Below, in pieces: positions 14,129 to 28,724 of a stretch of DNA of 64,000 nt (position 1 is its first letter; every line of letters starts with the position of its first letter). A program made the translations under genes and the position numbers. Under the pieces are notes generated by a model, which did not search any database, was not told the origin of the DNA, and worked only from the letters and a program-made list of their open reading frames with translations. Origin of the DNA: Utricularia gibba (Eukaryota; Plantae; Magnoliophyta); assembly GCA_002189035.1 (NCBI GenBank), contig CM007991.1, positions 3,224,001-3,288,000 on the forward strand. The letters run 5' to 3'.

Positions 14129-16489
14129 ATGGGCTGCACCGCCTCCAAGATCAACGACTCGCCGCCGGTGGTATTATGTCGTGATCGCTGCGCGTTTCTG
14201 AACGACGCTTTCAGACTCCGCTTCGCCCTCGCGCAGTCCCATGCCGCTTATCTTCACTCGCTCGACGCTGTTGGAGTTTCCCTTCACGCGTTTTTTGACC
14301 GGAAAAGGGAAGAGGGGAGTGGATTGGCGCAACTTCCTGATTCGCGATCGCATTCCGGGTCCCATCTCCACTTCCGCTCCGATTCTGACTCCGGCGAGAC
14401 TGAATCAGAGCCCCGGAGTCATCTTGATGAAACCTCAGCCCCTTACGGCGTCGCGCCACCCGACTACGGGTATTCCTTTTTTGAACCCACTCCACCACCC
14501 GTTCTCAACGCGCATTTGAGCTCTGCGTCGTCGTTGAGTTCAAAAGCTCCTCCTCCTTCACCTCCGCCGCCGCCTCCATCGCCGCCCAGAACATCGACAT
14601 GGGATTTTCTAAATCCATTCGAAACATTCGAAAAGTACTACCCTGCTTACTATATGTCCGACCAATGGAAGGAAGGAGTTCCCGAACTGGAGAACGAGGA
14701 AAAAAACAAGACGACGCCGCCGCAGGCTCACAAAATCGTCACCGATCACAAGGCGGCGCCAAGCGGAGAACGCACAAATTCCGAAGAAACTTCAAAATCC
14801 GATCTCAGTGCTGCGAAAGATATACAGATGCTATTCCTCCGCGCCTCTGAATCTGGTAAAGTGATTAATGAATTTCTCGAAGTTGGGAAACTCCCATATC
14901 GTCCCAAACTGAGTCGCAGTGTTCATGGTAAAGCTTCCATCTTCAGAACCGCTTACTTCTGCGTATTCCTCACCCTCCGAATTCATTCTCTTGTCTTGTT
15001 TCATTTGGCAGTTCCAAGTCCAACAAAGATTCTGCATCTCTCCGCTCTGACCTTTCGAGTTCCAGGGCCTAAAAATCAGGATTCTGCAGCTTCAAAATTC
15101 GACCAAGATGTGAAACAGCGGCCCAGAAACCTTTCTTCCACTTTACAAGAGATTCTTCTCTGGGAGAAAAAGCTGTATGAAGAAGTTAAGGTAATTGTAC
15201 CAATCACTTCAATTCTTCACTTTTACTTCTTTGTCCGTTGGTGGGGTTGCATTATTCCATCCCTTTGGACAGTTGTAGCCATTGTTTTCATTTTCGGTAC
15301 CACTTTCTTTTCCCATCGGTGAGTCACTTCTTACCAATACCAATAATTGTAGCGAGTACGCTGCTCTTTCTCCTTCACTGCACAGGTATTGGTCCCTTGT
15401 ACAAACATACATTTGTGCTTTCTTCCTTCTGTTACTCCACACAGTATCATGTCTGTTATGGGTGCATTGTTTTTGTGAAGATGGAGGAGAAGATGAGGAT
15501 TCTGCACCAGCGCAAGGCTGGGAAACTCAGGGATTTAGACAGAAATGGCGCAGAGGCGTGCAAGGTTGATGAGAATAGAGTTCTGGTTAGAAGCTTGTCT
15601 GCAAAGATGAAGATTGTGATTCAGGTTGTCGATAGGATCTCAATGAAGATCAGCGTCTTGAGAGATGAGGAGCTCTGCCCTCTTCTCTACGAATTCATTC
15701 GTGGGTACGAATCCACACTCTGTAATGCATATGCTCCTCTTTCAGAAAACCACTTCATCTTCTCTCATGCACAGATTATCCAGTATGTGGAAGTCCATGC
15801 TCGAGTGCCATCGTTCACAGCGCGAGGCAGTGGAGAAAGCCAAAGGACTAGGACGTGATGCAGCTTCCCCTGAAATCGAAGCCCTACTTCAGCTTGATCG
15901 CGAACTCATAACCTGGGGGAAGACGTTTCTGCAGTGGTTCGGAGCGCAGAGAAGCTTCGTGCAAGCTTTAAACAACTGGCTGCTCAAGTGTCTCCTCTAC
16001 GTCCCTGAAGAAACCCCCGACGGAACAGCTCCGTTCTCCCCAGGCAGACTCGGGGCTCCCGAAATGTTCGTTGTCTGCAACGTATGGTCGCAGCTGCTCA
16101 CCAAGGTTTCAGAGCACGACGTCATTGATGCGATGGAGAGCCTCACGCATGACGTTCTCATGTCATGGGGAAGCTATGAATTGGATGCGTGTCAGAGGAG
16201 AAGGGACGAGGGAGATCAGAAGCTGGGCAGGGAGATCGAGGCATGGCAGAAAAGGGTCGCGCGGATGGCAAACGGAGTGCCGCCTATTCGAGACGGCGGC
16301 GTTTATCGGTACGGGAAGACGCAGAGAGGGAGCATCGAGTCGGCCCTCCAACGAACTTTTGAGACACTGGAGAAGCTTTCCGGTGATTGCTTGAAGGTTT
16401 ACGAGGAGCTCCTGCAGTGTATCAAAGATGGCAGCAGCACCGGAGCTTCCCTGGAAACGAAGACTGGAAGTCTTCACACGGCCATATGA
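14129..16489 (+). CDS. DUF630/DUF632 domain protein (NRG2/APSR1/REL2 family), 4 exons
   Basis: N-terminal MGC..SK...V.LCR.R...L...R..LA..H.AYL.SL..VG.SL (DUF630); proline run with WDFLNPF; DUF632 motifs STL..IL.WEKKLYEEVK, MWK.MLECH and PFSP.R.GAP. Confidence 0.9.
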
Positions 16490-16705
16490 TCTTTCGGTCT
16501 CCGCTGTAACTTATTAAATGGGCCGTTGACATTTATGAATTAAAGTCCGGCCCGGACCGGCCCAAATAGGCCCACCTTTATTCTTTTTTATGACGGAGGA
16601 GTAAAATGATTTTTTTTTCTCTTTTTAATTTCTGTAATTCTTAGTTCTACACTTTTGAGTGAAGAAACGCGCGGCTGTAGCGGAGTAATTGGCGAAGGTT
16701 AGGCG

Positions 16706-18421
16706 ATGGCAGAGAAATCTCGGCCCATCAGTATCTTGACTGTTTATCTCTACGCACCCAACATAATTGGTAACTGCTTGTTTCTTTCCTGTTGTTTCTG
16801 CTGTTGTATATGTAATGAAAAGAATGGTGTAATGGTGCTTGATTGATTTCCAGGGTATGTTAGAATTCTGCTGAATTGCGTTGCTTTTTCCGTGTGGTTC
16901 AGGGATAAGTATCTGTTTTCTTTTCTATATCTTGTTAGGTGAGGATCATGTCGCATCAGGATTTCTTTTTTGGGTCTTTTCTGTCATTCCCGTATTTTGT
17001 ATGTAATGCATTGGGTGGCTGGTTCGCGCGCAAATTGAATCAAGGTGAGGGATTGTTTTCTGGACAGATGCAATATCAACGCTAGTTTTTGTTTGCCCTG
17101 TAAGATTTCAATCTAACCGAATAATCAGCATTCTGATTACTTCTTGTTTTCAGTTTCAACGTTTGGAGCTGTTCTGGACATGGTTACCGATAGGTCTTAT
17201 ATTGCACGCCCTTGTTAGTTTTTTTTCTTGGTTATTCATCCAGCTTAACCCGTTTTATACTGCAGGATAAGTACTAGTTTGCTGGTAATTCTGTCACAAG
17301 TTTTCAGGTGGATTCTTCAAGACTGTTCTTCCTTTAAATGATTTTGTGCATTTTTTTTTTCACTCCATGCTTTGCAGGCCTGGACTCGTATTCTTAGCAT
17401 TACTGGCGTTAGATATAGCTAGCCACTGGTTGCAGATGTATAGGTAATTTACTTGTTCCAACATTCTCGATCTCCTTGGATTGGTCCTTTCCCTTGTGTC
17501 TATCTTTTGAAGTCTCGAGTTTGAACGTTGGTGTTATTCTTTTGTATACAGCTCTTTTCTGGCGGGCAAGAGTAGCCACAAAGATGTTAAGGATAGCAAA
17601 AGCTGGCTTATTAAACTGTATTATGGGAATCGGAAATTCATGGCTTACTGCTGTGTCCTGTGAGGTTAATTTGCTGTTCCAGTTTTCTCCTATTCAGTCT
17701 TACACCCACGCCATCACTTATTTTCTCCATCTCGCAGCATTTTTTTAAGGAATCATTTTTCAGGTCCTATACATAATGTTATTCCTCCTGTCAAAGAATC
17801 AAACTCAGAGACTGACGGATGTATGTTTTCCAAATATGATAGCTTATATCTCCTCATAGCTTACTTAAAAGCTGCTGTGTTATCACCCATATCCCTTTTT
17901 ATCAGGTTTTTGTAAATGCTGCTACTCAAGACTGGTTCTCTATATTTCTACTTTCTGTCTGTCTTTTTTGGCTGGATGATCAAACAGTTGGTTAATCTTA
18001 TACAGGTGGGGTAAATTCTCGTTTAATTCACCACTGAAAGTATCTGTGTCATGTGTTTAAATCATCGTGGCTTAGTTCCATCGTTGGTTTTTATTAATAA
18101 CAGAGCATGTGTTTCAGAACTAAGCATCTGTTACGCATTCGCTTAAACTCCAAAATCATCAAATCCCTTGATGATGGAGATAATGCTATTGTTCTCTGAT
18201 GCCAGATGAAGATAGCAGCAGATACCTGTTTCATGTATGACATTTTGAAGAAGCAGCAGTATGCGGCCCTATGTGTGTCGCCTGCAATCGAGATGGATCC
18301 GGTAGCATGCCCTCGTTTTTTTGGTATGTTATCACAGTTCTTGAAGAGGTTGCTCCCCTCCTTGAATCCACCGGTAAGTTGTCCCCAACCAATGGATGAC
18401 TATTGTACTCTTCTTGTGTAA
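16706..18421 (+). pseudogene. PIS: Phosphatidylinositol synthase (CDP-alcohol phosphatidyltransferase), apparently degenerate
   Basis: Ten PIS-like exons (VYLYAPNIIGYVRILLN, STFGAVLDMVTDR, ALDIASHWLQMYS, SHKDVKDS, YYGNR, QMKIAAD). Lesions: exon 3 acceptor lacks AG (16991-16994 CGTA); motif reads NALGGWFAR instead of DALDGWFAR; 2-nt loss at about 17655-17658 gives TGA; no stop at the usual C-terminus. Confidence is high for PIS identity and moderate for pseudogene status. Confidence 0.7.
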
Positions 18422-18811
18422 ATACAGTAGACCCTCCATAGCAAAGATGAGGATTTCACCGGAGGTGCATCTCCGGCCAACAGATTCCATGGTTCTTATT
18501 AAGCCACTGAGCACTTTGCCGGCCAACTGGCGGCCGCCGGCTACAAACCTCCGACAGTTTGCACTTTCTGTGCTTGTTAACGTATCTACTTCCTGAATAA
18601 TGACTCATTTTTTATCATTTCAATATGTAATAATAATATTTTTTTTTTTAAAGAAGAAGAAGAAGAAGAAGACTTAGACAACTGCACAAGGTAATTAATA
18701 TATTTTTGAATTTTTAAAGCTGAATCATAAATGTAGTGTTGTTTTATATTTAGGAATTTCAAAGTGCATTTAGATGAATTTGGAGGCTAGGGCTTTTCAA
18801 AATAGAAAGCG

Positions 18812-19648
18812 ATGTCGTCGACTGGAGCCGCACCGCAGAAGATGATCCATCTGAGGAGTTCTGATGGGGAAGCCTTCGAGGTCGAGGAGGTTGTGGCGCT
18901 CGAATCGCTGACTATCAGACACATGATTGAGGATGGATGCGCTGATAACGCTATTCCGCTACCTAACGTCAGCGCTAAGATCCTCGCGAAGGTGATTGAG
19001 TATTGCAAGCGTCATGTGGAGGCCGCGGCGAAGGCCGCCGAGGGAGGTGTGTCCGTTGGGGAGAGAGTCACTGACGATGAATTGAAGGCCTTTGATGCGG
19101 AGTTTGTCAAGGTTGATCAGGGGACACTTTTTGACCTGATTTTGGTACATCTCTCGTCCCTTTTTCCCTCGCAATTAGCTTCGCGAATTGTTTATATCTC
19201 GTTTACTGTTTTCTTGTTGTTGATTTTAGTCTGCCGGTTGTTTGTTTTCCTTTTTGGTGGATAAGAGAATTTGGGCTTTTCATCAACGGAACAATCTTTT
19301 TGGCTCGCTTGTTCCTAGTTAAACATTGTGCTTTCTCTTCATCCTTAGGCACTACCACTACTTGATTATTATTGTTGGATTGTTGGCTTTTTTGGAAATT
19401 TACTGCTGTTCCAACATTGCTCTATGTTACCACTTCTTATTTGTAGATGATCCTGTTCTGTATTTATCTTTCAGGCTGCAAACTACCTGAACATCAAGAG
19501 CTTGCTTGACCTGACATGCCAAACTGTGGCTGACATGATCAAAGGGAAGACCCCGGAGGAGATCCGAAAGACCTTTAATATCAAGAACGACTTCACTCCA
19601 GAGGAGGAGGAAGAGGTTCGCAGGGAGAATGCATGGGCCTTCGAATGA
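18812..19648 (+). CDS. SKP1: SKP1-like protein (ASK1/ASK2 type), 2 exons
   Basis: [39 protein letters not shown]|[31 protein letters not shown]...ENAWAFE*; intron 19145-19474. Confidence 0.97.
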
Positions 19649-20585
19649 TCGTAACCCCCTTCCCAACTTTCGTTCCATCGCCATGCTACCAGACTTGTAT
19701 GCATTGCAGTAGTAGATATCTCCATGTTTCTTCTCCTCAAGCGTGTATGATCTCGTGACCATTTGACCCTTGTCGTTGAAGCTTGCTTATCACTTTATTG
19801 TGATTGACACTTGCTTTTCTGTGTTCAATCCTATGTTCTCGTTGATCCCAGCTTCTCTTATTTGCATACATGTCTATGATCAGTGTTACGTCTCTACATA
19901 AAAATGTTTACATGATGCTGAAGGAGTGAATATGTTCACATGATGACGAGACTGGCAATCTGTTTGTTCAACAAAAGTACTCTTGGTTGCGCTAATGCTA
20001 CAGGGATCAGAACACAGGGTTGCTGGTTTTGAGATTGTGAACACCACAAGTCACTGGTGATGCCCGATCAGGAAGAGTTCCTCTCTCAAGATTGTTCTTG
20101 ATTTCGAGTGTGTACTTGTCAAATGCTTGATCGATCTTTTCGCCGAAGTGCTTGCTTCAGTCATTGATCGAAGAGTCATCCTTTTCTTCCCGGAACTTTC
20201 TCCTTCTGCAAAAGCTCTATTTTATTTCAGGCCCAAGCCTATTTTATGCGTCTATGGCCCAATGATTTTTCTCTGCAACATACTCGGAAAAATGGTGGAG
20301 GGGACAACCCAGGAATTGTTGAAAAACTACCGGTAAAGATATGGCTGTGCCGGCTCCGCTTATTGTCACTCCGCGCATCTGTGTCGGGAAAATTGTGTAT
20401 TTGTTCGGCGATGAAATTTTTGCTTCGTATCGTATAATTCTCTGTACTTCCGCGCAGAGAAGCCTTATCCTGATCGTTGATGCGCACTAACGATAAAGGT
20501 ATTCCTAATGATTGAATTTCATGAACAGGCGTAACAGCTTCGTTACTTGACATGGGAGAAGGTACAGAAAGCTTATGTACCACAA

Positions 20586-23386
20586 CTAGTCTAAACTTGG
20601 TGACCTACTCCATTTTTTTTTCATGTACTCCTCCGCAGAGAGAGGGCTGCTCGATGAAGATGCAGTGTCGTCGTTCACATCATGAAATGCGACTGTAAGA
20701 TGAGATTCTGCACTGGATTCTGGTACAGTTCTTCATCGTTGTAATCATCACAAGTCTTGTGGCGGTTATCCTTATCCATGTCAATTTGTGGTGTCTTTCC
20801 ATCTAGGACCTGTAGAATCTGAAGCAGTAGAAGAAAAATTATAATGGTTCTTGTGGAAAATGAGAGGTTAATCCGAAAAACTCATAATCCACCTGGTTCA
20901 TTCTGGGGCGAAGCGTGGCAGCTTGAGCGAGACAGAGTTTTGCTGCTAGGGCCAATCTTCGTACTTGCTCATCATCAAATTTGCCACCTAAGTTTGGGTC
21001 CAATATGCTGCTTATATCTGGACTTGTTAGTTTAGGCTTTGCCTGAAGGAGATGATTAATAATTGTAAGGACATTTCCTCTTCGTAGAGAATCTGAGACA
21101 CATCAGTTTACTTCTTACCCACATGACTAAGCTTTGTTGGCCTTTTTTAGGTTCAGAGGTGATGGGTTTCCTCCCAGAGAGCAGCTCTAGAAGAACTACA
21201 CCATAGGCATAGACATCAATTTTTTCGCTTACTCTACCATACATGAAGTACTCAGGCGCGAGGTAGCCGAATGTCCCTACTAAATCATTGTGCATCAGGA
21301 AAGACGATTTTTGAGGTCCCCATACTGCTAGTCCAAAGTCGCTAAGCTGTAACAGTACCCAAGATATCTTTGAGCAGAATTGATCAAAGTGAGGGTAAAC
21401 GCCCCAATTTTTATTTCTGTCATACCTGTGGTTCCAGCTCCTCAGTTAGAAGGATGTTTGATGACTTCACATCTCTGTGAATGACAGGGTTGGGGATGCA
21501 TTGTGTAGATAGTCTAGAACCTCTGCAAGCCCATGTGCAATTTTGAATCTCGCTTCCCATGCCAGTGATGCCTCGCCCTTTCCATTACCTGATATGATGC
21601 TCAGCAGTTAATTAGGAGATCAATTTAGAAATCTGATTCTTGTCCTACTTGCCTTGAAGATTCTGTTCCAAATTTCCTCTTTGTAAAAGCTCGTAAACAG
21701 AGATCAGCTCATTGTTTTCAATGCATATCCCGAGGAAGGGTGTGATTCTTTTATGTTTGATTGTTGTCATTATGTCAACTTCCTTAGCGAAATCCTTATG
21801 TCCTCCTTTTGATGATAACATAACCTTTGCAGCAATCTTCTTGCCATCAGGAAGAATCCCTTTGTAGACACAGTTGCATCCTCCGGTTCCTATTAGGTTT
21901 GCTAAATGCATTGTCCAAAGAAACCTTTCAGCGTATGAATAACTATAGACAACAGGAAAAAAAGAAGAGTAAGCCACCTGTGGAGAACTCAGAGGTGGCC
22001 TTTCGGAGAGTACAGTAGCTGAAAACTTCACATTGAAATGGGCTTTTAATTGGTATGAGCCTCAAGTCTGTGTTCAATTCCTGTTGACTGATATCTAATT
22101 CTCTTGGACTCATTTCTGATAATACTTCACTCTTACTTTCCCAGGGGTCCTGATCTGCTCCACTTGTTGGAGAGCTCAATACCAAGACATCAGGCAATGA
22201 ACGACATGGCAAGCTCATCACCCATCGCACCACAGACATCTTTCTTGCACTCTGTACGTATCTTGTCATTAAGCTTGATGTCCGAAGCAACAGTGGCCAT
22301 CCAGGAAGGTCTGTTCTGCAATCCTCCGTAGGTAGTGAAATCGATGTGGAAGAGCACCTCTTGCTTCCCCCACAAGGCTGAACTTTTCCTCCTCCGCCTT
22401 CAGATCACTGACTTCGCCATCAGTGTGGTATCCGCATATCCTCAATCCTTCTGACTCCTGAGGCTCCGGTACACTCTTTTCACTCATATAATTTTCCATA
22501 GCATGACAAGTCTCTGTTTCTTCACACTTTCCTGCAACACCAAATTCACTCCCACCTTTAAAAGGTATATGGAGAACGAATTGTCTTAAGTTGCGCTCCG
22601 GCGTTGTACCTTCAATACTTAGGCTAGAAGATGATGACCTGCGTAAGACGATCTTCCCGTTGTAAACAGCAATGACATCAGCAGTCACAGGGAGTCTCTT
22701 TATGCAGTACTTTGCAATTGATGACCATCCCCTGTGTTTTGTGTTTAGATCCTTAATTACATCCTTATCAAATTTAAATTATGTGCGGAACACAGGAATT
22801 CCAAGTGTCAGATATGAGCTTCTCCTCACCTGATTCCTCTGTGTCCACTTACTCCCACAACGACAGTGGACGCTAAGTGCTTCTTTGCTTCTCTAACAAG
22901 AACTTTTCTGTATGATTTCCCCTTGAAGATCTCTGCACTAAAAACCACCTGGAGAAAGACAGCCATCCAAACGTAAGTACTACTCACCTGCCCCAGAGCA
23001 AGCAATTGGTTCGGATCTCATCTATGACGCCGTACAAATAATCCTACAGTTGCCTCTGCAGGTCTCTTGTTCGTACAAAATGTTTGGAAGATGGGAATGA
23101 ACCTGCTTTTGTGCGCACAAACTCGAGTACTCTTCCATATAACCCTCCAGCAGAGCTTTCTCCTTGGAAAGGCGAGCTGAGGCAATTCAGTTATAATACA
23201 AGATCAATTGGAGTCAAGTCTGGCGGTTAGTTTGCTAGCGTGTAAAAGAGTACCAGAATTCGGGCAAACATGAAGAGCCAATACACTGTCTCCAGGATGA
23301 GTTATCTTCTCCAATACCCACACCAGCAATCCCTGATCTTCCTCTCCTCTTCCCCCCATTCCCACAAGTACACCCTTCTTCCCCAT
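20586..23386 (-). CDS. Protein kinase with N-terminal adenine nucleotide alpha hydrolase-like (USP) domain (At2g16750/At4g35030-like); three apparent 1-bp frameshifts
   Basis: N-terminal VLVG..W...GDSVLALHV; PGWPLL and [13 protein letters not shown] linker; [36 protein letters not shown]; C-terminal WSRSPSLD*. The frame is restored by +1 G/C at about 22366-22370, 21492-21495 and 20722-20723. Confidence 0.88.
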
Positions 23387-24163
23387 TCCCAATGGCCTGG
23401 CTCTGCTCCCCTCTTCAGTCCATGAGCAATGGCTTCTGATTCATCCAGAGTCGAAAAGGCAACAACGCAGATAAGCACAAGACCGAACCCGGTGGGGGGT
23501 TGGGGGGGAGGAGTGAATCTTGCAATGGGAGAAGATGTGGAGCAAAGAAGATGTTCTTAAATGTATCGAGAAGAAAGAAGCATGTGATGGTGAGGATTCT
23601 TTTTCTACCTGGAAAGTTGACAAGGAAACATTGGGACTATTTAAATGACCCCCGGGGACCACGCTTTGAGCCCCACAAAAATATTAACTTCCCGGTTAGA
23701 AACTTGACTGCTGATGATCAAATCCTAACCCCCGTCTGGAGTCGGGGGAGAGGGTCTGTCTGTTCTACGGTTAGCGGTTGATTTAACGGCGTTAACGGCC
23801 GAATCTCTTTCATTTATTTCATTTTGGCGACGCCTAGGAGGGGACTGGCACCATAAATGTCGGGAGTTCAAAGTCAAGGGTGTTGTTTACTGCCGGTAAC
23901 TAACCTTGTTGCAGGGACTCAATTCTTTTGGTGTCCTCAAACCACCATCATCAAGCAGGTTAAGTGCTAGTGACTTAACTGGAGTATCAGTGCATCTACA
24001 CAATGAAAGAGCAGTACAGTTGCTAAGGTATGATATCACGACGACACTGCAGGTATCTGCTTTCCCTAGTTCGTTCTTGTGCATAATGTAGTAGTAGTAG
24101 CAGTGGTTGCTGGGAGTAAGTAGTAGTGGCAAGTGGGGTATGGTAGGGGAGAGCAAGCTCATG

Positions 24164-25685
<1,522 letters not shown>

Positions 25686-25885
25686 CTACCAGACGCCTGC
25701 GGTCCAAGCGAAGAAGTGTTTTTAAAGAGCGGGTTCGGAAATCTTGGGATCGAAGTCCCCAAATTCAGAAACGTAAAACCCTAAAAATTACAATAAAAAA
25801 TCAACCCCACAACACCAAACCCAACAACCGTATTAATTGCAACAAGAATCACGATTCCCAGACCCACCACAAAATGTGTGTGCCA

Positions 25886-25898
25886 AGAGAGCGAGAGC

Positions 25899-25928
<30 letters not shown>
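25886..25928. repeat. (GA)n microsatellite / GAGA element in the ROP 5' leader region
   Basis: AGAGAGCGAGAGCGAGAGAG...GAGAGA tract read directly; GA repeats are known BPC/BBR binding sites. Confidence 0.8.
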
Positions 25929-25929
<1 letters not shown>

Positions 25930-26734
25930 TCAGCTGTCAAAGAGAGAGAAGGATTCCGGTGATGGAATTGACGCCGATGGCATTGTGGGAAGTTTGAAAG
26001 ACAGCGAACGGGTATTTGTTTGTTCAAATGCAAGTGGAGCAGCAGCTGTAGCTGCAGCAAGCAGAAGCAAGAACCTCGACTTGCTATCGGACCGGACCGG
26101 AGCGGACTTCCAGGTTCTATCCTACGCTAAGCCGACATCAGGTCCCTGCGCTACGCCGCTATCACCTCGCACTTATTATTTATTGCCAAGCACCCGCACT
26201 CCGCCATCTTTTTTCAAATTTCAAAATATCGCACTTTTTTCAAATCAAATTTTATATTTTTCCTAATGTGGCCTTTTAGTTTATTCCTGAAAGCAATTAT
26301 TGAGACTTAAAAATATATTTATTTAATAATAAAATTACTTCTAAATTGTTTTTAAAATATATTTGGAATATTGATTTAAAATACGGTTTTCATTACAAAT
26401 TATTTGAATTTAGAATTCAAACATTAGAAAAAAAAGTATTTGGACATCCCAAATGGTCGTTCATTCTAGTGCTAATCTCGCACAAAGACATTTTACTTTA
26501 GATCAAATGGAATCCGACGCATTATTACTAATTTGATTGCACCAGAATGACGTTGCACGAACAAACGATGACTATCTGATCATATCAAATTTGAATCTTG
26601 GGAGGGAAAATGAGAATAACTAATTATCAAAATGATCCATAGAAGCAAACACGCATACTTTTAGCCATAGGTCCGGATAATTCTGAGGCACAGCAAGAAA
26701 AGACTCCACTGCATGCTCAGGAACCTGGAGGGGA

Positions 26735-28097
26735 CTAACCCTCGGTTGTCGTACGGCCTTTCCGGGCTGCCTCAGCAGCAGCCTTCTCTGCTTCTATCTC
26801 GGCAGCAATGGCATCAATCTCAGCTTCCTCGAGCTGCCTCAGCCCCTCTTCTTTGGTCATCACGGCGACCTCGATGTTCTTTCCCCCACTCTCAACAACC
26901 TGGCAGTTAGAAGCGAGGTAAGGAGCCATTGTAAAATGCATCGGGCTGTCACAGTGTTTTCTGCAAATTTTGTACCTCCATGAGTGCACGAATGGCTAGC
27001 TTCACGGTTTCCTGACCAGATGTTTCCTTGTAATTCTTCTCCAAGAATTCGCGGATGGAATTGGAGTTTCTCCGGTAGCATTGGCTTTCCATGCAGAGAA
27101 TGTCCCAGAGGGGTCAGTCTGGTAGAGAGATGGAGTGCCGGTGTGTGGATCGAAACCAATGATCAGGGTTGATAGGCCAAAAGGCCTCACACCCCCACTT
27201 TGTGTATACTTTTGTTGAAGGCCAGCGATGTAGCGGGTGATGTACTCAACAGTTACCGGATCTTCAACTGTGAGCTTGTAACTCTGGCATTCAATACGGG
27301 CCCTGTTTATCAGAACTCGAGCATCTGCCTTTAACCCAGCGCAGGCCAAAGCAATGTGATCATCCAAATTGACAATCTTTCTCACTGATCTGAAACGGTA
27401 CACATCAGGTGAGATAGAAGAATACAGGAAGAAAATAAGCAAACAAATTTGTTTTTTTTTTTTTTTGAAAGGGTAGCCTGTAAAGATAACGCACATTCAC
27501 AGATACATTTGTGAACACGAATGTGAATGCATGATGACTACAGGGAAGGACCAGTGACATGGAACTCAAGTAAAAGCATATGCTTCCCAACGGATTGTGG
27601 ATGTTTTCAGGTGCATTTGGGTCAGTTGTTAATCCAAACGAAGAGGCTTTTTTGATCAGCCGAGCATAATATGCTGGATCTTTAATCAATCATATTTTAT
27701 ATACGTTCAGCAACAAGGAATATATTTGCATAGCAGCACAACCTAGGGTTACAAATAGGATATCAAAAATTCCCCAATTCGCCATCGCATATCGACAAAT
27801 TGGCCAACAAAATAGAAAATCCACGACAGGTCTCAAGCAATTTTTCTCCATCAAAAGAAGGCCAATCAACTCTACCATCAAAAGAAAAATATTCATTCAG
27901 TTCAGCGATCTGGTAATTCTCAAACCTGGAATCCTGAAGCTTAGGTGTAGATTTTTTCTCCACAGCAAGCACGATAACATCCTTCCCCGGACACCAACCG
28001 CTGCATTCCCCTTGCGCACAGCTTCAAGGGCGTACTCAACCTGAAAAAGATGACCGTCCGGCGAGAAAACCGTGATTGCCCTATCATACCTCGCCAT
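26735..28097 (-). CDS. PAD1: 20S proteasome subunit alpha type-7 (PAD); two apparent 1-bp frameshifts
   Basis: [65 protein letters not shown](R)NS. The frame is restored by +1 G at 27985-27988 and at 27072-27073; one intron about 27390-27924. Confidence 0.95.
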
Positions 28098-28724
28098 CTC
28101 TCGGTTCACTCACTAATCAGACAAACCAGCGCACGCAGCCCCTCAACGCCGATCAAAAACCCAACCCAATTTTCTCTTCTCTTAGCGGCAGGCAACTGAT
28201 TTTGTCACCGGAATAAAGGAAATGTACTCGCGGAACTTGGGCAACACGATACGAGGGCATTTTTAATATTAATAAATAATATTTTATTTCATATTGCGAA
28301 TAATTAGATTTAAAATAAACCCCATTCGAAAATAGAAAATGAATTTAAATTAATAATAAGAAAATTTAATTTTAAATTTTATTTAAAATATTAAACTTTT
28401 ACATGAAAATTATAATACACATTATATTTTAGTATAATACATGTTTAAAGTATTTAATTTTTATGATTTTATATTTTTTTTTTTGAAATTATAATAATTA
28501 TTCTATTTTATTTTCATAACGAATGTAAAATACCATTACTATTAAATTTGATATTAAAATTGATGACCTCAATTCCCGACTTACATTCATTTTCTAATCA
28601 GAACCGAAACCAAATGACAAACATAGAACCTATGATTTCAATTGCATTTCATAGAATGGGATACAAATTTATGAAATTTATTGGGAAGCTTAGGTTCGTT
28701 GAATGTGCCGAAAGAGGTATGGGT

